Shown here piece by piece: positions 9,736 to 19,468 of a DNA stretch of 64,000 nt; the stretch's first letter is position 1, and each line of letters starts with the position of its first letter. The translations under genes and the position numbers were made by a program. Below the pieces are notes generated by a model. That model saw nothing but the letters and a program-made list of their open reading frames with translations. It did not search any database and was not told where the DNA came from. Source of the stretch: Armatimonadota bacterium (GTDB lineage Bacteria; Armatimonadota; SYMT01); assembly GCA_041690135.1 (NCBI GenBank), contig JAWLHY010000005.1, positions 340,106 through 404,105 of the forward strand. The letters are read 5' to 3'.

Positions 9736-10334
9736 AGCGGCTATTACCTTGCGGCCAATTCTCTCCGGGTGGAATGGATTAGGACTAGATTACGATGAGG
9801 ATGAGGATCCCCGCTTCTCGCCATGACTAACGTGTCTGTTGTTATACGGCCTGAAAGCCTGACGGCCTGAACACCCGATCACCTGCACACCCGAACACCG
9901 CCAATCTTTTACCGTCACCTTTTCCTTCCGACCCCGTTATGTAGCGCATAGCCGGCTGTGTGGAAGGGCGGGGGAACGGAGTTGGCCCCGAGTCCGGAGG
10001 CTGGCCGCCTGAGGGCGGCCTGGGGCGAGAAGCCATGGGTCATCCCTGGGCAGGCTCGCACCTCCGGTCGAATCCGGGGATTTCGGGATAAGTCGAGCCC
10101 CCTGCCCTTCCCGCCGTTCCGACGAAGGGAGGATCGATGGCGCGCTCTTCAACCCTTTCTCCGCCGCAAGGGGCTGGTGAGGGAGCTTCATTGCAAAGCG
10201 AAGTTGCATGGCACTATAATAGGTGGCTGGGGCGGTGGCGTGCGCAGGATAATTCCCCCGCCGCGCGTGAATTCCCGGATGCGGACGGTACCGTGCTCCA
10301 AGCCGTAACCTCCGCGGCGGCTGCAAGGGACGTC

Positions 10335-10967
10335 ATGGCCTTCGACGAGAGCGACCGAACCCTGGTAGAACGCGTGAAGGCCGGCGACGTCCGCGCCTTC
10401 GAGATGCTGCACCGGCGTTACTACGCCCGCATCTACCGCTTCGCCTTGATGCGTATGGGGAACGCCGAGGATGCCGCCGACGTGGCGTCCACCACTTTCA
10501 TCAAGGCGCTGAACCGCCTCGATTCCTTCCAGTTCCGCCGCACCGCATCCATTTACCCCTGGCTCCACCAGATTGCCAGCAATTGCGTCATTGACGCTAT
10601 TAGAACCCGGCCCGCCGGGGGTATGCTGTCTTTGGACGCGCAGGCCGCGGAGGACGTCGACTCCTTCCTCGAGTATCTACCGGCGGATGGGCCTTCCGCC
10701 CAGGAACTGGTGGAACGGGACGAAGTACGTGGGATCGTGCTGCAGGCGATCGATCAGTTGCCGGCAGACCAGGCGCGGGCCGTGGCCCTGAGGTTCCTGG
10801 ACGATCAGTCCATCCGTGAGATCGCACAGGCGCTGGAGCGTTCGGAAGGGGCCGTAAAGAGCCTGCTTCATCGCGCTCTGCAGGGCCTGCGACAACATCT
10901 GAAGTCTACGGTGGCCAACGCGAAAGCCGCAGCCGTCAGCACGCCGCAGAAGACGCGGCGCGGGTAA
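10335..10967 (+). CDS. RNA polymerase ECF-type sigma-70 factor
   Basis: Region 2 (LVERVKAGDVRAFEMLHRRYYARIYRFALMRMGNAEDAADVASTTFIKA) and region 4 HTH (ADQARAVALRFLDDQSIREIAQALERSEGAVKSLLHRALQGLR). Start chosen at the internal ATG to give ~210 aa; the ORF track start 10137 is also possible. Confidence 0.8.
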   Translation: MAFDESDRTLVERVKAGDVRAFEMLHRRYYARIYRFALMRMGNAEDAADVASTTFIKALNRLDSFQFRRTASIYPWLHQIASNCVIDAIRTRPAGGMLSLDAQAAEDVDSFLEYLPADGPSAQELVERDEVRGIVLQAIDQLPADQARAVALRFLDDQSIREIAQALERSEGAVKSLLHRALQGLRQHLKSTVANAKAAAVSTPQKTRRG

Positions 10968-10974
10968 CTCGAAA

Positions 10975-11286
10975 ATGTCCCAGAAGTCATCCACCTTTAT
11001 CCAGGCGACTCGTGAGCGCGAGACGTGGCTGCCCTCGACCCTGGAAAGGGAACAGGGGAATGCGAACGACGCCGAACCACTGATCGCCACCGCGGCCCTG
11101 CTGCGGGGCGTGATGGAGTCGATCCCCGTGCCTGAAGAGGCCGAGGAGCAGTCGCGGGCGGCGGCCGTGGCGCACATGCAGCGGATGTTGATCGAGCGCG
11201 GGCGAAGCACCCAGGCCCAGGCTCCGTGGTATCTCCGCCTCGGACACTTCATGCGCTACGTTTTCACCCTCGGGCGCAGGCGGTGA
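10975..11286 (+). CDS. Hypothetical protein, possible cognate anti-sigma factor
   Basis: 103-aa ORF starting 8 nt after the ECF sigma stop (operon position typical of anti-sigma factors). No recognisable motif, no TM segment. Confidence 0.35.
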   Translation: MSQKSSTFIQATRERETWLPSTLEREQGNANDAEPLIATAALLRGVMESIPVPEEAEEQSRAAAVAHMQRMLIERGRSTQAQAPWYLRLGHFMRYVFTLGRRR

Positions 11287-11293
11287 TAGACGC

Positions 11294-12190
11294 GTGCCGG
11301 TAGTAGTTGGCGTCAGTTTCAGACCGGCGGGCCGAATCTACTCATTCGACCCAGGAGATCTCCAACTCTCCCGCGGCGATCGGGTGATCACGGAGACGGC
11401 GCGTGGCGTCGAATTCGCGGAAGTCAAGCACGCCCCACGGGAAGTCCGGGATGATCAGGTCATCTTGCCACTGAAGCGGATCGTGCGCCTCGCCACCCCG
11501 GAGGATCTGGCGCAGGTGGAAGCGAACCGGTTGGAAGCGGAAGCGGCCCTGGAAGCGGCGCGAGAACGCGTCGCCATCCACGCGCTGCCGATGAAGTTGC
11601 TGCGCTCCGAGTACACCTTCGATCGGTCGCAGATCACCATCTACTTCGCCGCGGAGGGCCGCATCGACTTCCGGGAACTGGTCAAAGACCTGGCCGCCGC
11701 GCTCCGCACCCGGATTCAGTTGCACCAACTGGGGGCCCGGGACGTGGCCAAGCTCGTGGGCGGCATTGGCCCCTGTGGCCGGGCTCTCTGCTGCAGCACC
11801 TGGTTGACTTCCTTCGAGCCCGTCTCCATGAAGATGGCGAAGGAGCAGAGCCTGTTCCTCAATCCCTCCAAGTTCAGCGGCGTCTGCGGCAAGCTGATGT
11901 GTTGCCTGCGGTACGAGTACGACCACTACCGCGAGACCAAGGCCCAGATGCCGTCGGTCGGCGCCGACGTGAATACCCCGGACGGCCGAGGGAAGGTCGT
12001 CGGCCACAACATCATGAAGGAGGCGGTCATCGTCGGCTTTGGCGATGGGCGCGAGGCGGAATATCCCGCCGGTGAGGTGGAGCGGCCGATCGTCCGCGGC
12101 TGTAACGTGCTGGCCGGTGGATCATGTGTTGGCGGCTGCGGTACCCGGAAACGGAGCCCGGAGCCGGAGCCCGACGAAACGGAAGATTAG
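11294..12190 (+). CDS. ricT: PSP1 C-terminal domain protein (RicT/YaaT family)
   Basis: N-terminus VVVGVSFRPAGRIYSFD and cysteine cluster GPCGRALCCSTWL...CGKLMCCLRYE are characteristic of YaaT/PSP1. GTG start. Confidence 0.8.
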   Translation: MPVVVGVSFRPAGRIYSFDPGDLQLSRGDRVITETARGVEFAEVKHAPREVRDDQVILPLKRIVRLATPEDLAQVEANRLEAEAALEAARERVAIHALPMKLLRSEYTFDRSQITIYFAAEGRIDFRELVKDLAAALRTRIQLHQLGARDVAKLVGGIGPCGRALCCSTWLTSFEPVSMKMAKEQSLFLNPSKFSGVCGKLMCCLRYEYDHYRETKAQMPSVGADVNTPDGRGKVVGHNIMKEAVIVGFGDGREAEYPAGEVERPIVRGCNVLAGGSCVGGCGTRKRSPEPEPDETED

Positions 12191-12416
12191 GTCGGGGCCG
12201 AGGCGGGCGAGACGCCCGCCCCACTCCACCCCTCACCTCACTGGCGGGCGAGACGCCCGCGCTCCTTCCCGCATTGCGGTTCGCGGCGGTAACTGGTAAA
12301 GTTCCCTGCGTAGGGGTCCATTCCGCGGGCGCCGGGCAACCGGCGCCTTTTGCACGCCCCGCCCGAATTCAGGCCAAAACCATCCGGTCGGCCCCAGTCC
12401 ATAGGAGGCAACGGAT

Positions 12417-14420
12417 ATGTCGCGTTTCTACATCACCACCCCGATCTACTACGTCAACGATATCCCGCACATCGGAACCACCTACACGACGGTAGCGGCG
12501 GACATCCTGGCGCGGTTCCATCGGATGCGTGGTGAGGAAGTGCTATTCGCCACGGGGACGGATGAGAACGCCACCAAGGTTGTTCAGGCCGCCGAGCAGC
12601 GAGGTAAGGACCCGCGTACGTTCGTGGACGAGATGGCGGAGAACTTCAAAAAGGCGTGGGCCGACCTGAACATCAACTACGATGTCTTCATCCGGACCAC
12701 CGAAGACCGCCACACCCGCGCCGTGCAGGCCTTCTTTGAGACGGTGCAGCAGCGAGGGGACATTTACAAGGGCCCCTACGAGGGTTGGTACTGCGTCTCC
12801 TGCGAAACGTTCTTCACCGCCGAGGAGGCGCCGGAGGTCAATGGCGAGCGCCGCTGTCCCGACGTGCCCCAGCACGCGCCGCTCAAGCTGGTACAGGAAG
12901 AGAACTACTTCTTTGCGCTTTCCCGCTACGGGGATCGCCTGCTCGAGTGGATCGAGGCGCACCCGGAGTTCCTCCAGCCGGAGTTCCGGAAGAACGAAGT
13001 CATCGCGTTCATCAAGCAGGGGCTCCGGGACGTCTGCATCACCCGCTCCGCCACGAATTGGGGGATCCCGGTTCCCGGCGACCCGTCGCAGGTGGTTTAC
13101 GTCTGGTTCGACGCGCTCATCAACTACATCACGGTCGCCGGGTATCCGGACCGTACCGGGGACCTCGCAAAGTGGTGGCCCGCCGACCTGCACCTGGTGG
13201 GCAAGGACATCTACGTGCGGTTCCACTGCACCCTCTGGCCGGCGATGTTGATGGCGGCGGGGTTGGAGCCTCCCCGGCAGGTGTTCGGGCACGGCTTCTG
13301 GATGAGCGAGGGGATCAAGATCTCCAAGACTCTCGGCAACATGATCGAGCCGCTAAAGCTGGTGAATGCGCTGGCGGAGATCGTCGGTGCCCGGCGGGAG
13401 ATCGCGGTCGATGCCATCCGCTACTACCTGTTTCGGGAGATGCCTTTCGGCGAGGATGGGAATTTCCAGCGCGCCAACCTGCTCCAGCGGTTCAACAGCG
13501 ACCTGGCGAACGACCTGGGGAACGCCCTGAACCGCTCCCTGTCGATGACCCGGCAGAACTTCGAGCTCCGGGTGCCGTCGCCCCAGGAAAGCGAAACACG
13601 ACTGGAAGAACTGGCCCGGGCTACTCATCCGCGGGTGACCGCCGCACTCGAGGCGCTCGATTTTCAGGGGGCTCTAGTGGCCGCGACGGAGTACGTCAGT
13701 GCCATCAACGGCTACCTGGCGGAGCGCGCGCCGTGGATCCTGGCGCGTGAAGGAAAGAGCGAGGAGCTCGGAGGCGTTCTTTATCACGCCCTGGAGGCCC
13801 TCCGGGTGGCTTCCACCTGGTTGGCGCCCTTTATGCCGGAGGCGATGGCGGAGGTGCGCCGCCAGTTGGGCCTGGGTGTGCTGGCTCCGGAGTGGAATTC
13901 GGCGGGGGAATGGGGCCTCCTTCAGCCGGGAGAAGTACTGGAAGAGCCGGCGCCCATCTTCCCGAGGATAGACAAGAAGGTTATGGAAGAAGCACTCAAA
14001 CAACTGGATCAGAAATCCGGCGCGGCGCCGGCCGAGCCGGCGCCTGCGGCGAAGGAGAAGGCAGCCCCCGCACCAGCCGCGGAGCCGGAAGCGCCGGCTA
14101 CGATCAGCATCGACGACTTCATCAAGGTGGAACTCCGTGTCGCGGAGGTCTTGAGCGCCGAGCGGGTACCCAAGTCGGACAAGCTCCTGCACCTGAAGGT
14201 TAGCCTGGGCGATGAGGAGCGTTCCGTGCTTGCCGGGATGGCCGAGTACTACGAGCCGGAGGCGCTGGTCGGCCGGAAAGTGATCATGGTCGCCAACCTG
14301 GCCCCGCGGAAAATGCGCGGCCTGATGTCCGAAGGCATGCTGCTGGCGGCGGAAGCGGACGGGAAGGTGAGCCTGCTCCAGCCGGACCAGGATCTCCCCG
14401 CCGGGGCCCGGATCCGCTAA
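12417..14420 (+). CDS. metG: Methionyl-tRNA synthetase with C-terminal tRNA-binding (EMAP/Trbp111-like) domain
   Basis: FYITTPIYYVNDIPHIGTTYTT (HIGH-type motif), KISKTLGN (KMSKS), Zn knuckle CVSCETF...CPDV. C-terminal ISIDDFIKVELRVAEV...GMLLAA OB-fold tRNA-binding domain. Confidence 0.95.
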   Translation: MSRFYITTPIYYVNDIPHIGTTYTTVAADILARFHRMRGEEVLFATGTDENATKVVQAAEQRGKDPRTFVDEMAENFKKAWADLNINYDVFIRTTEDRHTRAVQAFFETVQQRGDIYKGPYEGWYCVSCETFFTAEEAPEVNGERRCPDVPQHAPLKLVQEENYFFALSRYGDRLLEWIEAHPEFLQPEFRKNEVIAFIKQGLRDVCITRSATNWGIPVPGDPSQVVYVWFDALINYITVAGYPDRTGDLAKWWPADLHLVGKDIYVRFHCTLWPAMLMAAGLEPPRQVFGHGFWMSEGIKISKTLGNMIEPLKLVNALAEIVGARREIAVDAIRYYLFREMPFGEDGNFQRANLLQRFNSDLANDLGNALNRSLSMTRQNFELRVPSPQESETRLEELARATHPRVTAALEALDFQGALVAATEYVSAINGYLAERAPWILAREGKSEELGGVLYHALEALRVASTWLAPFMPEAMAEVRRQLGLGVLAPEWNSAGEWGLLQPGEVLEEPAPIFPRIDKKVMEEALKQLDQKSGAAPAEPAPAAKEKAAPAPAAEPEAPATISIDDFIKVELRVAEVLSAERVPKSDKLLHLKVSLGDEERSVLAGMAEYYEPEALVGRKVIMVANLAPRKMRGLMSEGMLLAAEADGKVSLLQPDQDLPAGARIR

Positions 14421-14516
14421 GGGACCGGATACTCACCACGGAGACACGGAGAAGGACACGGAGCGCCACGGAGTTTGGGGTCGCGAGTTAGAGGCGTCTG
14501 GTAATCGAGGACAAGT

Positions 14517-14551
14517 GAGGATCCTCGGCGGTTCCTTTGCCGAGGATCCTC
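14517..14551. terminator. Bidirectional stem-loop between convergent metG and alcohol dehydrogenase genes
   Basis: Perfect 12-nt inverted repeat GAGGATCCTCGG (N11) CCGAGGATCCTC located ~100 nt after the metG stop and ~170 nt after the stop of the minus-strand ADH gene. Confidence 0.5.
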
Positions 14552-14724
14552 AGGAATTATTCGCGGACGGCGCCGGTTCCACGCGGATTCCGCTTGCTTT
14601 GCTCGCGGCCTCCCCAGGGCACGGATGCCGCGTCTCTCGTCGCAGCTGCGGACAGCGCTAAAACGCCTGGCCACAAGCCAGCGCAAATCTGGTTCCAACC
14701 TGCGGAGCGACTTTCCCCAACCGC

Positions 14725-15930
14725 TCAGTACGCGGCTCGAAGAATCTGTTCGATGTCGTCAACCGTCGCCTGCCGTGGGTTGACCCGTAGGAGGCGCTGG
14801 AAGGCACTGGAGGCCTCCGCAAACCCGCGGAGTTGCTCCTCCCGCACGCCGATATCGCGGAGCCGTTCCGGAATACCGACCTCGCGCCGGAGGTTCCGGA
14901 CGGCTTCAATCGCGGCATCGGCCGCCGCTTCGGGGGTTTTGCCGCGAGTGTCCGCGCCCAGGATCTCGGCGATGCGCCCCATCGTCTCGATCCGCTCGGG
15001 CTTGTTGAACTCCATCACATAGGGGAGCAGCAGGCCATTGCCCCGGCCGTGCGGGCAGTGCGCCGCGGTGCCGATGGGGAACTCCAGGGCGTGGACCAGC
15101 GCCACCCCGATGTTACCGAAGGCGAGCCCCGCCAGCAGGGAGGCCAGGTGCATCCCCTCCCTCGCGGCGAGGTTGCTTCCCTCTTTCACCGCCGTGGGCA
15201 GGTGCTGCCCCACCAGGTGGATGGCCTTCTCCGCCAGGTACTCGCCCAGCGGATGGCGGCCCTGGTAGATCGTCACCTCTCCGGGCGGCAGCGGGAACGT
15301 CTCATTGTCCACCGCGGTGTAGGCTTCGATGGCGTGGGTCAAGGCGTCGATGCCGCTGTCGGCGGTCACGCTCGGCGGGCAGGATAGGGTCAACAATGGG
15401 TCGACGATGGCCACCAGGGGGCGAAGGTAGTTGCTCAGGACCCCGAACTTCACGTTCCGATCGGTGTCTTTGAGCACCGTGGCCGCGGAGACCTCGGAGC
15501 CGGTGCCCGCCGTGGTGCTGATGGCGATCAGCGGCGCGATCGGTCCGGGGATCTTGCTATCCCCCATGTAATCGCCGGGGTGCCCGCCATGGGCCATCAG
15601 GACCGCCACGATCTTCGCGAGGTCCATGTTGCTGCCGCCGCCAAGCCCGATCACCACGTCCGGTTGGGTCTCCGCGGCCAGCGCCCGGCATTCCAGCGCG
15701 GCACGGATGGTCGGTTCCGGTTCTCCACCGTCGTAGAGCGTTACGGCCACTCCGGCAGTCTCCAGCGAGTCCCGGATCGGATCGGCCAGGCCTGCGCCGA
15801 GGAGCACCGGGTCGGTGATCAACAGGGCTCGTGTCGCTCCCTGTGAGCGCGCGATCTCGCCGGTCTGGCCGGCCGCGTGCGCCCCAAACACAATCCGCCC
15901 GGCACTCTGAAAACTCCAGATGGTTCGCAC
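14725..15930 (-). CDS. Iron-containing alcohol dehydrogenase (Fe-ADH family)
   Basis: GGGSNMDLAKIVAV, GTGSEVS, and the His-rich metal site HALE...H are typical of group III Fe-ADH. Confidence 0.85.
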   Translation of the reverse strand: MRTIWSFQSAGRIVFGAHAAGQTGEIARSQGATRALLITDPVLLGAGLADPIRDSLETAGVAVTLYDGGEPEPTIRAALECRALAAETQPDVVIGLGGGSNMDLAKIVAVLMAHGGHPGDYMGDSKIPGPIAPLIAISTTAGTGSEVSAATVLKDTDRNVKFGVLSNYLRPLVAIVDPLLTLSCPPSVTADSGIDALTHAIEAYTAVDNETFPLPPGEVTIYQGRHPLGEYLAEKAIHLVGQHLPTAVKEGSNLAAREGMHLASLLAGLAFGNIGVALVHALEFPIGTAAHCPHGRGNGLLLPYVMEFNKPERIETMGRIAEILGADTRGKTPEAAADAAIEAVRNLRREVGIPERLRDIGVREEQLRGFAEASSAFQRLLRVNPRQATVDDIEQILRAAY

Positions 15931-15972
15931 CCCTTAAGCCCTCCCCTTATCCTTATCTTTATCCTTATCCCC

Positions 15973-16539
15973 TTATCCGCCGGGGCTCGGCACCCATGGG
16001 CTCTCCGCGTGACCGGCCTGGTGGTTGGCGTAGCGGGCGAGGGTGAAGAGGAGATCGGAAAGGCGGTTGAGATAAACGATGGCGTCCGGGTTGATGCTCT
16101 CTTTCCCCGCCGCGGCGACCACGGCACGCTCGGCCCGACGACAGACGCACCGCGCCAGGTGGAGATACGCCGCCAGCGGAGTGCCGCCGGGCAGCACGAA
16201 GTAGGAGAGCTCCGGAACGCCCTCTTCGTGGCGGTCGATCAGGGCCTCCAGTTCCGCGCACATACCTTCCGAAACGCGTTGGACCGGCTTCTTTCCCACC
16301 GTATCTCCCTCTTCGAGCGGAGTGGCGAGGTCGGAGCCGACGACGAACAGTTCGGATTGGAGGCTCTCCAGCAGGGTGCGGAGATGCTCCTCCGCGCAGT
16401 GCGCCACGCAGATCCCGAGGATCGCGTTTAATTCGTCCACATCTCCGTAGGCTTCGACGCGAGGGTGGCTCTTCGCCACCCTCTGTCCGCCGAAAAGGCC
16501 GGTCTCACCCTGGTCACCGGTCCGCGTGTAGATTCGCAT
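15973..16539 (-). CDS. ATP:cob(I)alamin adenosyltransferase, PduO/MMAB type
   Basis: MRIYTRTGDQGETGLFGGQRVAKSHPRVEAYGDVDELNA is the canonical PduO-type N-terminus. Start set at the internal ATG giving MRIYTRTGD; the ORF track start 16593 adds 18 non-conserved residues. Confidence 0.85.
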   Translation of the reverse strand: MRIYTRTGDQGETGLFGGQRVAKSHPRVEAYGDVDELNAILGICVAHCAEEHLRTLLESLQSELFVVGSDLATPLEEGDTVGKKPVQRVSEGMCAELEALIDRHEEGVPELSYFVLPGGTPLAAYLHLARCVCRRAERAVVAAAGKESINPDAIVYLNRLSDLLFTLARYANHQAGHAESPWVPSPGG

Positions 16540-16620
16540 CCGAATACTCCGTCTTGCGCCTGTTCCAGGCGGAATCCTCTCGGAGGTCCACACCCGGCCT
16601 GGTAAGTAGGGTAGGCAGGA

Positions 16621-17061
16621 TCAGTCCTGGACCTCGACGATCATCTCGATCTCGACCGCCGCATTCCCGGGCAGTTGGTACACACCGATCGCGCTGCGTG
16701 CGTGCCAGCCGATCTCCATCCCAAACGCTTCATGCAGGAAGAGCGTCGCCCCGTTGATGACGGGCGGGGTATTGGAGAAGCCTTCGGCGCAGTTCACCAT
16801 ACCCAGAAGCTTCACCACGCGCGTCACCTTATTCAAGTCGCCGATGAGCCACTGCACGGAAGCCAGGCACTTGATGATGGCGTCACGCGCGCCCTCGGCT
16901 GCCTGCTCGACGGTGACATCGTCCCCCACTTTGCCCTCGACCGCCGAGGTTGCGCCGCTGGTGTACACCAGGTTGCCCGTGCGGACTGCCGGCGCGAGGA
17001 TTCCCGGCTTCACCTCCGGGATCTCGACGCCCATCTCCTTCAACTTCTCAACAACTGCCAT
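16621..17061 (-). CDS. RidA/YjgF/TdcF (Rid) family protein
   Basis: 146 aa. Rid-family core ...VVKLLGMVNCAEGF...GWHARSAIGVYQLPGNAAVEIEMIV. Co-oriented with the adjacent PduO and Fe-ADH genes. Confidence 0.7.
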   Translation of the reverse strand: MAVVEKLKEMGVEIPEVKPGILAPAVRTGNLVYTSGATSAVEGKVGDDVTVEQAAEGARDAIIKCLASVQWLIGDLNKVTRVVKLLGMVNCAEGFSNTPPVINGATLFLHEAFGMEIGWHARSAIGVYQLPGNAAVEIEMIVEVQD

Positions 17062-17248
17062 CCGTTACTCCTCTCAAAACGATTGCGAAGGATCCCCGGC
17101 GGCGCGTTCGGAATGAGGCCGACCGGCCACCCGGGTGACCCGCCTCTCATATTACGCGCGGGGCGCTCCGGCTTCCTACGCAATCTGGGCCAAAAGTCCC
17201 GAACCCGGCTCCTACCGCCATTCGTCTCTCCAGATCGGGGTTGTGTAG

Positions 17249-18211
17249 ATGCACGATTTGAACCAACCGGAAATCACGAGTGGACGCGCCAACGCCTCTT
17301 TGCTTGCGCAGGCATGGGTTTATTGGGGCGGACGCCGCCTCTGGCTGTGGCTGCTTCTGGCCACGGGATGCGAGGCCTGGCTGGTGTTTGCTCCGGAAGT
17401 TGGGCTCTCCAGTCCGGCATTTCAGACGGCTTGCGCGGTTTCATGCTGGATTCCGGCCTGGGTGTGCGCGGATCTGCTATCGGTGCGGAAACCGGATAAT
17501 CCGGCCCCGCACCGGGAGTGGCGGCCCCGAGCATTTCTCCTGATCGCGGTCGGACGGCTTGTTCCACTGCTGGCAGTTCTCACCGTTTGGTGCGGAACAT
17601 ACGTGGCCCGCTCGCTGCTGGACGAGTTGCACTCCTCTCCCGCCCCCTTCTTCCAGGCGATTCAGGAATGGAGAGACTTTCCCGCAGTGTGGCTGGCGTG
17701 GACCCTTGTGTTTGTTGTGAGCGCACTGACCTATGCGGCCGCTTCGGCTCTGTGCAGTTCCCTCTTCCGCCGGCCACGGAGGTGGCTGGTCACCTCGGCC
17801 ATCGTGGTGCCGGCGAGCGTGATCGTTGCGGGTGTCGCGGAACTGATGTTCCTGCCCTATTTGGATCGGGGCGGCTGGGCTGGGTCCAGCCTGGCGAATC
17901 CTCCCTTTGCCGCTACCCTGGCCCTGCTGACGCCCAACTACCTGGTGGGTTCCACCCTGGCGGCCGGCACTCTCGGTTGGCTGGAGAAACACGGAGTGGA
18001 GTTGGACTGGTTCGCGCGTATCGTCCCGCCAGGAATTGCGATCTTTTGCTGGATCGCCACGCTGTTCTTCCTCTGTGGCACGCTGGCGCTGGTGTTGGCG
18101 ACCGGCTGGGTGGCACGCCAACGTTACCTGCGCCACCCCTACACGGCGACGACACCGGCGGACTCCGACGAACCGGTGCCGGATACCGCTCCAAGACCTG
18201 TTGAGGGGTAG
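17249..18211 (+). CDS. Polytopic membrane protein, hypothetical
   Basis: 320-aa ORF with at least 7 hydrophobic segments. Protein-like composition, no assignable family. Confidence 0.5.
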   Translation: MHDLNQPEITSGRANASLLAQAWVYWGGRRLWLWLLLATGCEAWLVFAPEVGLSSPAFQTACAVSCWIPAWVCADLLSVRKPDNPAPHREWRPRAFLLIAVGRLVPLLAVLTVWCGTYVARSLLDELHSSPAPFFQAIQEWRDFPAVWLAWTLVFVVSALTYAAASALCSSLFRRPRRWLVTSAIVVPASVIVAGVAELMFLPYLDRGGWAGSSLANPPFAATLALLTPNYLVGSTLAAGTLGWLEKHGVELDWFARIVPPGIAIFCWIATLFFLCGTLALVLATGWVARQRYLRHPYTATTPADSDEPVPDTAPRPVEG

Positions 18212-18494
18212 TGTCCGAAGTGCGGAATACGCTCGCTGTTCGTTTGCGAGCACGCCGCTATTTAGGGACGGCCACTAACGACCGTAAAGGATGGCGCCTT
18301 TGGCCGGGTGCTTGTCGACGACGGCTTTGCTCGCCGCATTCTCGAAGAAGTAGTGGGCCATTCAGGCCTATCCCGGGTGGGCAGCATGGAGCTCATGGCC
18401 AATCTCATATAATGGTGCCTTACTGCTTGCCTGCTTGTAAAACCAATGAAATCAACAAATCGGGGCGCCGCCCACGATCCACACAGGAGTACCT

Positions 18495-19238
18495 ATGCGC
18501 CAGCCGACTCGCGGCTTTACGCTGATCGAACTACTCGTCGTCATTGCCATTATCGCTATCCTCGCCGCCCTCCTCTTTCCGGTGTTCGCCCGCGCCCGCG
18601 AAGCCGCGCGTGCTACCGCCTGCCGCTCCAACCTGAAGCAAATCGGAGCTGCCATCCAGATGTACACGCAGGACTACGACGAAAACTGGTTCGCCGCGGG
18701 CGGCTGCGGTACCACCGGCGTCAATGCTATCCAGGGGCAGTCCTTCGGTGCCTGGCCCGATAGTTCACCCATGTGGGGTTATTGGAATGCCTCTGTCCAA
18801 CCGTACGTCAAGAATGCCCAGGTATTCCGTTGCCCGAGCGAGACGGCCCCTCACAAGTGGACGGCATGTGATGGCCGTTCGCAGGCGTACTGGGGGGACT
18901 ACGCAATGAACGCCTTCGCATTTGGGCAGAGCCTCGCGGGATTCGAATCGCCGGCGAGTACCGCGGCGGTCGTCGAGGCGCGGAATAACTTCTACCGGGT
19001 CTGTTGCAACACCGACCTGTACCAGTGCTGTGGTGGCTCGCCGAGTGGCAACCCGAATGGCCAGCACCCCCTCCCGCGTCACAGCGAAGGGTCGAATGTG
19101 CTGTTCGCGGACGGGCACGTCAAGTTCTTCCAACGGATGAAGAGTTCCATGGGCACCGCCGACTACCACTTCCATCTCCAGTACCACCAGCCGGGTCTCA
19201 ATCAGCCGTGTCGCAGTGCGACGCAGACGGACGCTTGA
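18495..19238 (+). CDS. DUF1559 (H-X9-DG) protein with prepilin-type N-terminal cleavage/methylation domain
   Basis: N-terminus [30 protein letters not shown] (class III signal / N-methylation site). C-terminal [17 protein letters not shown] matches the H-X9-DG motif of DUF1559, a family expanded in Planctomycetota/Verrucomicrobiota. Confidence 0.85.
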   Translation: MRQPTRGFTLIELLVVIAIIAILAALLFPVFARAREAARATACRSNLKQIGAAIQMYTQDYDENWFAAGGCGTTGVNAIQGQSFGAWPDSSPMWGYWNASVQPYVKNAQVFRCPSETAPHKWTACDGRSQAYWGDYAMNAFAFGQSLAGFESPASTAAVVEARNNFYRVCCNTDLYQCCGGSPSGNPNGQHPLPRHSEGSNVLFADGHVKFFQRMKSSMGTADYHFHLQYHQPGLNQPCRSATQTDA

Positions 19239-19468
19239 GCTTTCAGGCTCACCAGCATCGCCAACCGGACGCTCCACAATCGTGAGATCTTCGCTTCGCG
19301 GGGGCCGCGATTGTGGTTGCGTTGTCCTCCCGTATGAATTCTTCAGCTCATCGCCATCCTGTGAGGCGGCTGTTTAACCCGGCCCTCGCCGGGTAAACAG
19401 GGCGCGGTGGTTCCCTTTGGTATCAAGGATGGGCCACCCAGCGTTTCGAGAGCAGCGAAGGAACACGG

